NCBI RefSeq assembly: GCF_944385615.1
Contig: NZ_CALWXV010000003.1
Location: 31,323-95,322, forward strand
DNA length: 64,000 bases
Reading direction: 5' to 3'
Source: an uncultured Flavonifractor sp.
Lineage (GTDB): Bacteria > Bacillota > Clostridia > Oscillospirales > Oscillospiraceae
Both the position numbers and the translations under genes were made by a program. A model generated the notes under the pieces. It worked only from the letters and a program-made list of their open reading frames with translations. It made no database searches and had not been told where the DNA came from. Shown piece by piece: positions 18,779-29,017 of this stretch (positions are counted from its first letter, which is position 1; every line of letters begins with the position of its first letter).

Positions 18779-19852
18779 TCAGGACAGTTGAATGACCCAG
18801 TTCAGATCTACCCACTGGCTCACCTGCCCCTCGTCCATATCGTCGTAGGCATAGTAGATGCGCTGGATACGCACGGTGGTGATGGGTCCTGTGTCCTGGA
18901 TGAGCAGGATCTCCTGGGGATATCCCGCCCCATCTGTGCCCCCTGGACGGCGGGGTACTCCTTGATAACAGGTCCCGTCCGCCCCAATAAACTGGACACC
19001 GTAGATGGGTTCGGCCCGTAGTTCTACCAGGGATTTCCACCACTCCTCTTGATTGTTCATGGTGCCGTAGAGGGACAGGCGGCGGCCGTCCTGGGAGACT
19101 AGGGCGGTGATCTGGACCTGGTCCACGGTGTACTGACTGCTGATTGCCGACACCTTCTGTGGGGCAGCCAGAGTCAGCTCTACCTGCCGGACCTGATTGG
19201 TCAGGTAGTCCTCCACCCACAAAGTACAACTGCCGTCCGGATCTGCCATCTCATAGGTAAAGACGGCCTGAGCGTAACTCTGATATCCCTCCGGCAGGTA
19301 GCGCCAGCCCAGATACTGCTCCTCCCGCAGGGGGGAGAAGAGGATGCGTTTCCGTTCCAGGGCGGTGTACTGCCCCATAGAGTAGGAGCCGTGGTCCGAC
19401 AGGTCCTCGAAGGGATTGCTGCCGGCCAGGGCTTGCCCGTCCTGGCTGGCGTCCATTTTGACATATAGAGTTTGATAAGTTGTGTCATTTAGCCGCTCCT
19501 CCGACTTGGAGACCACCTCTAATGGAACAAACAGAAATCCATCCCGGACATAGGCCCCGGAGATAAGATAAGTGCGGCCACTAAGCTCAAATTCCAGTTC
19601 ACCGTCCTGGATGCGGAGATCCGTCCCCGTTTCCACTGCCCCTACGCCGGAGAAATAGTCCACAACCCGCTTTACCCCCGCTGCCAGGGCCTGATAGTTG
19701 GCAAGGCACAGGATGAGGGCCACACAGGCCGCTGTTGTTCCCAGCCACTTCCAGGAGATACGCCGTCGGTTATTCATGGGGGCTGCCATAGCTTCGTCGG
19801 TGAGCCATGTCAGATCCTCCGCGTCTAAAAGCTCGTCCAAATGATACCGCAT
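18779..19852 (-). CDS. Putative anti-sigma factor (single TM, unknown extracellular domain)
   Basis: Follows ECF sigma gene by 5 nt; short cytoplasmic N-terminus, RRR..WKW then TM helix (LGTTAACVALILCLA), large beta-rich C-terminus. Confidence 0.6.
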   Translation of the reverse strand: MRYHLDELLDAEDLTWLTDEAMAAPMNNRRRISWKWLGTTAACVALILCLANYQALAAGVKRVVDYFSGVGAVETGTDLRIQDGELEFELSGRTYLISGAYVRDGFLFVPLEVVSKSEERLNDTTYQTLYVKMDASQDGQALAGSNPFEDLSDHGSYSMGQYTALERKRILFSPLREEQYLGWRYLPEGYQSYAQAVFTYEMADPDGSCTLWVEDYLTNQVRQVELTLAAPQKVSAISSQYTVDQVQITALVSQDGRRLSLYGTMNNQEEWWKSLVELRAEPIYGVQFIGADGTCYQGVPRRPGGTDGAGYPQEILLIQDTGPITTVRIQRIYYAYDDMDEGQVSQWVDLNWVIQLS

Positions 19853-19857
19853 GATGT

Positions 19858-20397
19858 TCACTCCTTTCCATCCATACAGATGCCCTGGATTGCCAGCAGC
19901 TTTTTCAGTTTCTTCCGCAGCCGGTTTACCCGGGTGGTGACAGCGCTCTGGGATAGCCCCAGAGCCGGGCCAATCTCTCCGCCGCCCCACTCGTAGATAA
20001 ACCGCAGGGTGAACAGCCGCCGCTCCTCCGCCGTCAGTCCTTCCAGTGCCCGGCGCAGGCCGTCCTGCACTGCTGCCCGCTCTGTGCCGTCAGGCACCGT
20101 GAAGGCCAGGGTGTGGTCCTCCAGAGGCTCCGTGGCTCCAGCCATCAGCTTCTTCCGACGGTTTTTGGCCCGGCTGCGGGCCAGCATGCACAGATAGGTC
20201 TTTTCACTGCCCCGGGCGGGGTCCCACTTGTCTGGGCCTTGAAGAAACTCCCACAGTACGTCCTGAGTACACTCCTCACAGTCCTCCGGCGTACCTGCCC
20301 GATCCAGAATGCGGGTTACCACCGTTAGTACCAGGGTGTGGTAGGTCTGATAAATCCGCCGGGCCTCCTGGTCTTCTGCCGGTATGGTCCACTCCAT
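19858..20397 (-). CDS. ECF RNA polymerase sigma-70 factor
   Basis: EDCEECTQDV, WDPARGSEKTYL..LARSRA (region 2), EIGPALGLSQSAVTTRVNRLRKKL (region 4). Confidence 0.88.
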   Translation of the reverse strand: MEWTIPAEDQEARRIYQTYHTLVLTVVTRILDRAGTPEDCEECTQDVLWEFLQGPDKWDPARGSEKTYLCMLARSRAKNRRKKLMAGATEPLEDHTLAFTVPDGTERAAVQDGLRRALEGLTAEERRLFTLRFIYEWGGGEIGPALGLSQSAVTTRVNRLRKKLKKLLAIQGICMDGKE

Positions 20398-20423
20398 CTC
20401 ACCAACCCCCTTTCACTCTACAG

Positions 20424-20450
20424 TACCACGACCAGCGCCGGTTTGTCACA
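20424..20450 (-). promoter_or_regulatory. Putative ECF autoregulatory promoter TGTGAC-N14-CGTGGTA
   Basis: Same architecture as the element upstream of the second ECF gene at 33516-33542. Confidence 0.45.
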
Positions 20451-20485
20451 TACCAAGCAGAAGATACCGCTGGAAGCATTGAAAT

Positions 20486-20525
20486 AGAACGGGTGTTTGA
20501 CCTCGAGAGGAAAATGGAATATAAT
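20486..20525 (+). promoter_or_regulatory. dinB sigma-A promoter with overlapping LexA box
   Basis: GAAC-GGGT-GTTT (20487-20498) overlaps -35 TTGACC (20497-20502); 17-nt spacer; -10 TATAAT (20520-20525). Confidence 0.75.
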
Positions 20526-20565
20526 AAAAGGAAAGACCATATCCTTTTGGAAGGAGGGCGTGTGG

Positions 20566-21804
20566 ATGGACCGGGTGATTCTGCATTGTGATTTGAACTG
20601 CTTTTACGCCTCGGTAGAGCTGCTGGACCATCCAGAGTTGAAGGACAAGCCGGTGGCGGTGTGCGGCGACCCGGAGAGCCGCCACGGTATCATTCTGGCC
20701 AAAAACGAGCGGGCCAAGGGGTACCGGGTCCAGACGGCCGAGACCGTCTGGCAGGCCCGGCGGAAGTGTCCCGACCTGGTGCTGCTCCCCGCCCACCACT
20801 GGAAGTATAAGGCGTATTCCCAGAAGGTCAATGCCATCTATGAGCGGTACACCGATCTGGTGGAGCCCTTCTCCATCGATGAAAGCTGGCTGGATGTGAC
20901 GGGGACCCTCCATCTCTTTGGCGGGGACGAGAAGGCGTTGGCTGACCAGATCCGCCGGGTGGTCCGGGAGGAGCTGGGCCTCACTGTGTCGGTTGGAGTC
21001 TCCTTTAATAAGGTGTTTGCCAAGATGGGCAGCGACTATAAAAAACCGGATGCCACCACTGTCATTACACTGGATAATTTTCAGGATCTGCTGTGGCCCC
21101 TGCCAGTGACCGACCTGCTCTTTGTGGGCAGGGCGGCGGCCCGGGTACTGGCAGGTTACGGCGTACACACCATCGGGGAGCTGGCCCGGTTTGATCGGGA
21201 GAGTTTAGGCCAGATTTTGGGCAAGGGTGGCTTTACCCTTCATGACTACGCCACCGGAAAAGAACACGCCCCAGTGATCCCCGCCCGGGAGATGCCGGGG
21301 CCCAAATCGGTGGGCAATGGCCTGACCTTTCCCAGAAATCTGGTGGGGTGGGAGGAGCTGCACACCGCCCTGTCCGAACTGGCCAACGAAGTGGCGGTCC
21401 GTCTGCGGAAGCACGGTCTGAAGTGTACCACCGTACAAATTACCGTACGGGACCCGGCCTTCCAGGATATCTGCCGTCAGAAGAAGCTGGCCGCCCCCAC
21501 CTATGTGTCTCGGGATCTGACCGAGGGAGCCATGGAGCTGCTGCGGGGCTGCTGGGGTGAGCATAAACCGGTGCGGGCGCTTACCATCACCGCCCAGAAT
21601 TTAGTGGAAGAGGGAGAGGCAGGGGAGCAGCTGGACCTGTTTGCCACCGGCGCCATTCCCCACCGTGACAAGCTGGAAAAGCTGGAAAAGGCCATGGATG
21701 CCATCCGGGACAGATATGGCCGGAAGGCCATTTCCATTGCTTCCGCCGTTTATTCGGAAGGGGAGGGGACACGGGAGGACCAGCGCCTTCCGTCAATCAA
21801 GTGA
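20566..21804 (+). CDS. dinB: DNA polymerase IV (Y-family)
   Basis: ILHCDLNCFYASVE, SIDESWLD, SFNKVFAKMGSDYKKPD, C-terminal QLDLF clamp-binding motif. Confidence 0.95.
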   Translation: MDRVILHCDLNCFYASVELLDHPELKDKPVAVCGDPESRHGIILAKNERAKGYRVQTAETVWQARRKCPDLVLLPAHHWKYKAYSQKVNAIYERYTDLVEPFSIDESWLDVTGTLHLFGGDEKALADQIRRVVREELGLTVSVGVSFNKVFAKMGSDYKKPDATTVITLDNFQDLLWPLPVTDLLFVGRAAARVLAGYGVHTIGELARFDRESLGQILGKGGFTLHDYATGKEHAPVIPAREMPGPKSVGNGLTFPRNLVGWEELHTALSELANEVAVRLRKHGLKCTTVQITVRDPAFQDICRQKKLAAPTYVSRDLTEGAMELLRGCWGEHKPVRALTITAQNLVEEGEAGEQLDLFATGAIPHRDKLEKLEKAMDAIRDRYGRKAISIASAVYSEGEGTREDQRLPSIK

Positions 21805-22004
21805 CATAATCCTTTATACCATATAATAAAATGGATAAAACTATATAAAACAACGGAAGGATTCTGAATGCTTTTTAAGCAAACTGCCGTTTTTGTATAG
21901 AGTTTGGACAGGATTCGGGTTTTGTCTATTTTCATTTTTCAACAAAAACGGTATTATGACCACAATGCTAGGTATTGTTATGCCGTGAAAGGGGAAAAGA
22001 AAGA

Positions 22005-23375
22005 ATGAAGATTCCTGACAGTCTGAAGCGCTACGGCCTGGCCAAGGTGTTCGATTATTTGGATAAAGATCCCATGAACAACATGAGTAAGGTCATGGAG
22101 CTGGTCAATAAATTTTCGGGAGACACCCTGACCACCCAGCGTGAGGCGTTTGATAATGCCATCAACGATAAGAACTCCTGCTGGCATCAGCTGATCGAGA
22201 AGGTGTGGACCCAGACCGATCCCGATGTGCTCAAGACTGTGTTCAACAACTTCTTTGTCAACGCCAACCTGGTGGGCTGGCCCAAGCAGGAGAAGATGCG
22301 GGAGAAGTACGGCTGCAACATTCCATGGGCCATTCTGCTGGACCCCACCTCTGCCTGTAACCTGCACTGTACCGGCTGCTGGGCGGCGGAGTATGGCAAC
22401 AAGCTGAACCTGACCTTTGACGATATCGACTCCATCATCACCCAAGGCAAGGAACTGGGTATCTATATGTACATCTACACCGGCGGCGAGCCTCTGGTGC
22501 GTAAGAAGGACATCATTGCCCTGTGTGAGAAGCATGATGACGTGGCCTTCCTGTCCTTTACCAACGCTACCTTGATTGACGAGGAATTTTGCCAGGATCT
22601 GCTGCGGGTGAAGAACTTTATTCCCGCCATCAGCCTGGAGGGCTTTGAAGAGGCCAACGACAGCCGCCGCGGCCAGGGTGTGTACGAGAAGGTCACCAAC
22701 GCCATGGCCCTGCTGAAGAGCCACCACCTGCCCTTCGGTATTTCCACCTGCTACACCAGCGTCAACTACAAGGACATTACCAGCGAGGAGTTCTATGACA
22801 AGATCATCGACCTGGGCGCCTACTTTGTGTGGTTCTTCCACTATATGCCCGTGGGCAACGACGCCGCGCCCGAGCTGATGCCCACTCCCGAGCAGCGGGA
22901 GGAGATTTATCACCGCATCCGCCACTTCCGTCAGACCAAGGCTATCTTTGCCATGGACTTCCAGAACGACGGTGAGTATGTGGGCGGATGTATCGCCGGC
23001 GGCCGCCGTTACCTGCACATCAACGCCAACGGCGACGTGGACCCCTGCGTATTTATCCACTACTCCGACAGCAACATTCATGAAAAGACCCTGCTGGAGT
23101 GCCTGCAGTCTCCGCTGTTCATGGCCTACCATGACAACCAGCCCTTCAACGACAACATGCTGCGGCCCTGTCCCATGCTGGAGAATCCCGAGTGCATCGA
23201 GAAGATGGTCCAGGAGACCGGCGCGCACTCCACCGATCCCCAGTCTCCTGAGACGGTGGAGCACCTGACCGAAAAGACCCATCCCTATGCCGACAACTGG
23301 AAGCCCACCGCCGATAAGCTGTGGGCGGAGTCCCATCCCGGCTGTGCCGGCTGCACCGCGTGCAGCGGGAAGTAA
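22005..23375 (+). CDS. Radical SAM / SPASM-twitch domain protein
   Basis: CNLHCTGC (CxxxCxxC), TGGEP, GCIAGGRRYLHINANGDVDPC (SPASM-type), C-terminal CAGCTAC. Confidence 0.9.
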   Translation: MKIPDSLKRYGLAKVFDYLDKDPMNNMSKVMELVNKFSGDTLTTQREAFDNAINDKNSCWHQLIEKVWTQTDPDVLKTVFNNFFVNANLVGWPKQEKMREKYGCNIPWAILLDPTSACNLHCTGCWAAEYGNKLNLTFDDIDSIITQGKELGIYMYIYTGGEPLVRKKDIIALCEKHDDVAFLSFTNATLIDEEFCQDLLRVKNFIPAISLEGFEEANDSRRGQGVYEKVTNAMALLKSHHLPFGISTCYTSVNYKDITSEEFYDKIIDLGAYFVWFFHYMPVGNDAAPELMPTPEQREEIYHRIRHFRQTKAIFAMDFQNDGEYVGGCIAGGRRYLHINANGDVDPCVFIHYSDSNIHEKTLLECLQSPLFMAYHDNQPFNDNMLRPCPMLENPECIEKMVQETGAHSTDPQSPETVEHLTEKTHPYADNWKPTADKLWAESHPGCAGCTACSGK

Positions 23376-23384
23376 CTTACATCC

Positions 23385-23433
23385 ATAAAAATGAGGCCCT
23401 GTCGCGATGTTGCGGCAGGGCCTCATTTTTATG
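23385..23433. terminator. Bidirectional terminator
   Basis: ATAAAAATGAGGCCCTG...CAGGGCCTCATTTTTAT. Confidence 0.8.
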
Positions 23434-23454
23434 GAACATCTGGTTGTGACAGAG

Positions 23455-24168
23455 CTACAGGATCTTGCGGCCTGCCAGTTCATATTTTTGAATGGAGGCA
23501 TTGACGATTTCAAAATGGGTAAAAGTAGCCCGGATGGCGCCCATTTCATCGTGATTTGTCAGGGCGGTGGCCAGCTGGATGTGGGCGTCGTGGAGCAGAA
23601 CAGCCTGTTCTTTGTCGTCCATGATACGGACATAGACTGTGCCGATAAAATCGTTGACAGTGGCCCGAATCGCGCCAAACACCGAGCGGATCAGCTTATT
23701 GCCGGAGGCCTCGCACAGCAGGTTGTGAAATTCCTGGTCATAAAGGGAGGCTTTGGCCGCGTCTGTCTCGTCCCGCATTTTGACGGCCAGCTCCATCAAC
23801 CGGGCGGCCTGTCCGGGCAGGATACGGTTGGCGGTCAGGCGGGCGGTCTCGCTCTCCAGACCGCGGCGCAGCTGGCTGACCTGGAGATAGTTGGTCTCGC
23901 CCAGCAGCAGCATCATACAGAAGCTGGCACTGAGATTCTGTTCCAGATCGCAGGTGAGAAAGTTGCCCGCGCCGTGTACGCTGGAGACAAAGCCCATCAG
24001 GCTCATGGTACGCAGGGCCTCCCGCACGGAATTGCGGCTCACCCCCAGAAGCTCCGCCAGTTCCCGCTCCGGCGGCAGCCGCTCTCCCCGCTGAAGAGTG
24101 CCTTTCCAAATCTCGCTTTGGATATAATTTACTACCTTTTCATAGGTGCGTTCCGATCGTTCGTTCAT
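23455..24168 (-). CDS. FadR/GntR family regulator (LldR/LutR-like) of the lactate locus
   Basis: GERLPPERELAELLGVSRNSVREAL wHTH plus FCD domain (DQEFH..L.EASGN); adjacent to the lactate operon. Confidence 0.88.
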   Translation of the reverse strand: MNERSERTYEKVVNYIQSEIWKGTLQRGERLPPERELAELLGVSRNSVREALRTMSLMGFVSSVHGAGNFLTCDLEQNLSASFCMMLLLGETNYLQVSQLRRGLESETARLTANRILPGQAARLMELAVKMRDETDAAKASLYDQEFHNLLCEASGNKLIRSVFGAIRATVNDFIGTVYVRIMDDKEQAVLLHDAHIQLATALTNHDEMGAIRATFTHFEIVNASIQKYELAGRKIL

Positions 24169-24284
24169 GAAGCCTCTCCTAGGTGCATAATATGCCATCT
24201 CGTCATGGCTTGCGTAAGGCAAAGTATAACATAAAACAAGTGTGCTTACAACTGAAACCAACCGGAAGGGGAGGGGGAGAAAGA

Positions 24285-24327
24285 CAGAGACACCGGCAAG
24301 GATGGATCGGCCTTGTCGGTGTCTCTG
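24285..24327 (-). terminator. Probable terminator of the larA-lctD-etfBA-acd operon
   Basis: CAGAGACACCGGCAAGG...CCTTGTCGGTGTCTCTG long stem followed on the minus strand by TCTTTCT. Confidence 0.55.
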
Positions 24328-24406
24328 CGTTACATATGGAGGAAGACGATACGCGGAGCAGGTCCGCGAGAATAAACCGGGCAAGCGGTTTATTCACAAA
24401 AGGAAA

Positions 24407-25549
<1,143 letters not shown>

Positions 25550-25684
25550 AACGCAGCACTCCTTATGAATGGCGCGGGCCCGGCCCGGATGGTTCCGGCG
25601 GGAAGGGGATGGGGGAGAAGGGAAGAGAAGGTGCCGCCCAAACGTTGGGCCCCAGGTCCGCATAGGTGATTTGGAAAATCTGGA

Positions 25685-26689
25685 TCAGCCCTTGCGCTTC
25701 TTGATCTCGGCGGTGAGGGCGGGCAGGACCTCAAAGAGGTTACCCACGATGCCATAGTCGGCCACACCAAAGATGGGGGCGTCGGCATCCTTGTTGATGG
25801 CCACGATCACATCGGAGGCGCTCATGCCGGCCAGGTGCTGGATGGCGCCGGAGATGCCGCAGGCGATGTACAGCTTGGGGCCCACGGTCTTGCCGGTCTG
25901 GCCCACCTGATGGGAGTGCGAGATCCAGCCCGCGTCCACAGCGGCACGGGAAGCGCCCACGGTGGCGCCCAGGGCCTCGGCCAGCTCACGGACGGGGGCA
26001 AAGCCCTCAGCGCTGCCCACGCCGCGGCCGCCGGCCACGATAATGTCGGCGCCCTCCAGATCCACCAGCTCGCCGGCGGTCTCCTTGATGACCTCCAGGA
26101 TCTCGGTGCGGATGCCCTCAGCGGGGAAGGAGAAGTCCACCTTGGTGATCTCGGCCTTGGCCTCACCGGCGGCGGGCTTCTTAAACACACCGGGGCGGAC
26201 GGTGCCCAACTGGGGCCGGTGATCGGTGCACAGGATGGTGGCCATCAGGTTGCCGCCGAAGGCGGGACGAGTCCAGGCCACACAGCCGGTCTCCTCGTCA
26301 ATAGCCAAGCCGGTGCAGTCGGCGGTCAGGCCGGTTTGCAGGCGGCTGGACAGCCGGGGACCCATGTCCCGGCCGTTGGGGGTGGCGCCGATGAGCATGG
26401 TGGTGGGGCCATAGGTCTCCACCAGATGATCCAGGGCGGCCACATAGGCGTCGGTGGAGTACTGACGGAACTCCTCGCCATCCACATAGAGGACCTGGTC
26501 CGCGCCGTGGCAGGCGGCCTCTTCCACTGCGGCCTTCACACCGCAGCCGATGACCACAGCCACCAGCTTGCCGCCCTGCTTGTCGGCCAGCTCCCGGCCG
26601 GGATTCAGCAGCTCAATGCCCACGTTCTTGGCGGAGCCGTCCTCTTTGGTCTCAACAAATACCCAAAGGTCCTTGGTTTTCGCTTCCAT
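25685..26689 (-). CDS. etfA: Electron transfer flavoprotein alpha subunit
   Basis: [36 protein letters not shown]. Confidence 0.95.
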   Translation of the reverse strand: MEAKTKDLWVFVETKEDGSAKNVGIELLNPGRELADKQGGKLVAVVIGCGVKAAVEEAACHGADQVLYVDGEEFRQYSTDAYVAALDHLVETYGPTTMLIGATPNGRDMGPRLSSRLQTGLTADCTGLAIDEETGCVAWTRPAFGGNLMATILCTDHRPQLGTVRPGVFKKPAAGEAKAEITKVDFSFPAEGIRTEILEVIKETAGELVDLEGADIIVAGGRGVGSAEGFAPVRELAEALGATVGASRAAVDAGWISHSHQVGQTGKTVGPKLYIACGISGAIQHLAGMSASDVIVAINKDADAPIFGVADYGIVGNLFEVLPALTAEIKKRKG

Positions 26690-26704
26690 ATTGTAACGCC
26701 TCCC

Positions 26705-27511
26705 TTAAATCACATGGGCCTCGCTCAGCAGCGTGAACAGCTTCTGAGCGGACTCTTCGCCGGTCTCTTCCTTGATGACCACACCGGCCTCCTTGCGGGG
26801 AGGCACAAAGGTCTTCTTGACCTTGGTGGGGGAGCCCTTCAGACCGGCCCGGGCGGGGTCGATGTTGGGCAGCTCGGCGGAGGTCAGGTTCTCAATGACA
26901 GCCTTGCGGGCGGCCATTTTCCGCTTGATGGTGGGGAAGCGGGGGTCAAAGGAGGGCTTGGTGAAGGTGATGAGGCAGGGAGTCTTGACGCCGATGAGGT
27001 AGTTGCCGTCCTCACCCTCCTTCAGGATGTGCAGGGTACCGTCGGCATTGGTGGCCTCCAGGGCATAGGTAACCTGGGGATAGTTGAGCAGCTCGGCCAG
27101 CTCGGGGCCAACCTGAGCGGTATCGCCGTCAATGGCCTGCTTGCCACAGAAGATAGCGTCAAACTTGAGTCCCTCCAGCTCTTCCACCTTGGAAATGGCG
27201 TTGTACAGGATGTAGCTGGTGGCCAGGGTGTCCGACCCGCCAAACATCCGGTCGGTGACCAGATAGGCCTTGTCGGCGGCAATGGCCAGAGCCTCCCGCA
27301 GAGCGGCCTCCGCCTGCTTGGGGCCCATGGACAGCACCACGATACGGGTATCGGGGTCCTGGTCCTTGATGCGGGCGGCGGCCTCCAGGGCGTAGCCGTC
27401 AAAGGGATTGATGATGCTGGGGACGCCGTCCCGGACCAGGGTGTTGGTGACGGGGTCGATCTTGATCTCCGTCGTGTCCGGGACCTGCTTGATGCATACC
27501 AGAATATTCAT
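26705..27511 (-). CDS. etfB: Electron transfer flavoprotein beta subunit
   Basis: MNILVCIKQVPDT, GSDTLATS, GKQAIDGDTAQVG, GLKGSPT. Confidence 0.95.
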   Translation of the reverse strand: MNILVCIKQVPDTTEIKIDPVTNTLVRDGVPSIINPFDGYALEAAARIKDQDPDTRIVVLSMGPKQAEAALREALAIAADKAYLVTDRMFGGSDTLATSYILYNAISKVEELEGLKFDAIFCGKQAIDGDTAQVGPELAELLNYPQVTYALEATNADGTLHILKEGEDGNYLIGVKTPCLITFTKPSFDPRFPTIKRKMAARKAVIENLTSAELPNIDPARAGLKGSPTKVKKTFVPPRKEAGVVIKEETGEESAQKLFTLLSEAHVI

Positions 27512-27533
27512 AGCAAAGCTCCTTTCTCAGCGC

Positions 27534-28955
27534 TTACAGGGTGCAGCAGACCTTGCCGGGGTTGAGGATCATCTTGGGGTCAAAGACCTTCTTGATGCCC
27601 TGCATCAGGGCCATATTCACCGGTCCCACCGCCTCAGCCAGGTACTTGACCTTGCCGTAGCCGATGCCGTGCTCACCGGAGATCTGGCCGCCCAGCTCCA
27701 TGGCCTTCTGATAAATGGCGCTGAGGAATTCATCCACCTGCTTGCGGAACTCGCCCTCCTCCATGGTGTTGGAACACTCATAGATGTGCAGGTTACCGTC
27801 GCCGGCGTGACCGAAATACTTAACTTCAAAGTCATACTTGCCCTTGATCTCATTGACAAAGGCCACATAGGGGGCAATCTTGTTGACGGGTACCACCACG
27901 TCACATTCGTCCAGCAGCTTGGTCTGCTCCTCAATACCCTCCAGGAAGGAGGAACGGGCAGCCCAGGCGTCTTTCAGCTTGGGCGGGGTGTCGGCAATAA
28001 GCACGTCCAGTGCGCCCTCTTCCACCAGCATCTCGGCGGCGCTCTCCACGATGGGGTCCAGCTCGTCCATGGACTCGCCGTCGAAGGTAAGCAGCAGATA
28101 AGCGCCGGCCTCCACGCCCTCGATCTGGCGGGGGAAGACCTGCTTGCCCAGATATTCCTCGGAGGAGACCAGGATCTCCTTCTCAAAGAACTCCACAGCC
28201 TGGGGCTTGAAGTGGTGCATGAACACCTTGGGCACAGTGGAGATACAGGCGTCCAGGTCCTCAAAGGGCACGATAAGGCTGACGGTGGCTTTGGGGGCGG
28301 GGATGAGCTTCAGGGTCATCTCGGTGATAATGCCCAAAGTACCCTCGGAGCCAACCATCAGGTTGGTCAGGCTGTAGCCGGAGCTGGTCTTGGAGACGGT
28401 GCTGCCGAAGTGGGTGATCTCGCCGGTGGGGAGGACCACGGTCATGGCCCGGACATAGTCACGGGTAGCGCCGTACTTCACGGCCCGCATACCACCGGCG
28501 TTGGTGGCCACGTTGCCGCCCAAGGTAGCCATCTTCTCGCCGGGATCGGGGGGATAGAGGCAGCCGTGGGTAAGGGCGTCGTCGGCCAGCTGCTGGAGGA
28601 GGACACCGGGCTGAACGGTAACGGCGAAGTTCTCCAGGTCATAATTGAGGATCTTATTCATCCGCATGGTACACAGCACCACGCCGCCGCACACGGGGGT
28701 GCAGCCGCCCACCAGACCGGTACCGGCGCCCCGGGTGGTAACGGGGATGTTGTTATCATAGCAGATCTTGACAATACCGGCCACCTCTTCGGTGGTGAGC
28801 ACGTCGATGGCTACCTCGGGCATTTTGACGCCGTAGATGGGCATCTCGTCCCGGGCATAGTCGGGGTTCACATCCTGACCGACCACCACACGGCCGGGAA
28901 CGACTTGCTCCAGCTGGGCAATGATTTCAGGCGTGACAGGATTGTACGTTGCCAT
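27534..28955 (-). CDS. lctD: FAD-dependent (Etf-linked) D-lactate dehydrogenase, GlcD/LctD family
   Basis: RGAGTGLVGG, YPPDPG, NAGGMRAVKYG, GHAGDGNLH, SGEHGIG, DPKMILNPGK; located between larA and etfB. Confidence 0.85.
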   Translation of the reverse strand: MATYNPVTPEIIAQLEQVVPGRVVVGQDVNPDYARDEMPIYGVKMPEVAIDVLTTEEVAGIVKICYDNNIPVTTRGAGTGLVGGCTPVCGGVVLCTMRMNKILNYDLENFAVTVQPGVLLQQLADDALTHGCLYPPDPGEKMATLGGNVATNAGGMRAVKYGATRDYVRAMTVVLPTGEITHFGSTVSKTSSGYSLTNLMVGSEGTLGIITEMTLKLIPAPKATVSLIVPFEDLDACISTVPKVFMHHFKPQAVEFFEKEILVSSEEYLGKQVFPRQIEGVEAGAYLLLTFDGESMDELDPIVESAAEMLVEEGALDVLIADTPPKLKDAWAARSSFLEGIEEQTKLLDECDVVVPVNKIAPYVAFVNEIKGKYDFEVKYFGHAGDGNLHIYECSNTMEEGEFRKQVDEFLSAIYQKAMELGGQISGEHGIGYGKVKYLAEAVGPVNMALMQGIKKVFDPKMILNPGKVCCTL

Positions 28956-29017
28956 AAGTAAAACCTCCTCCATATTGCTGTTACTTCAAAATGAAAGACT
29001 AATATGCGAGAAAAAAC

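Noticed and set aside
24240-24406. Possible ncRNA between the acyl-CoA dehydrogenase and regulator genes
   Set aside because: Two hairpins are explainable as 3' UTR stabiliser and terminator; no recognisable RNA family motif
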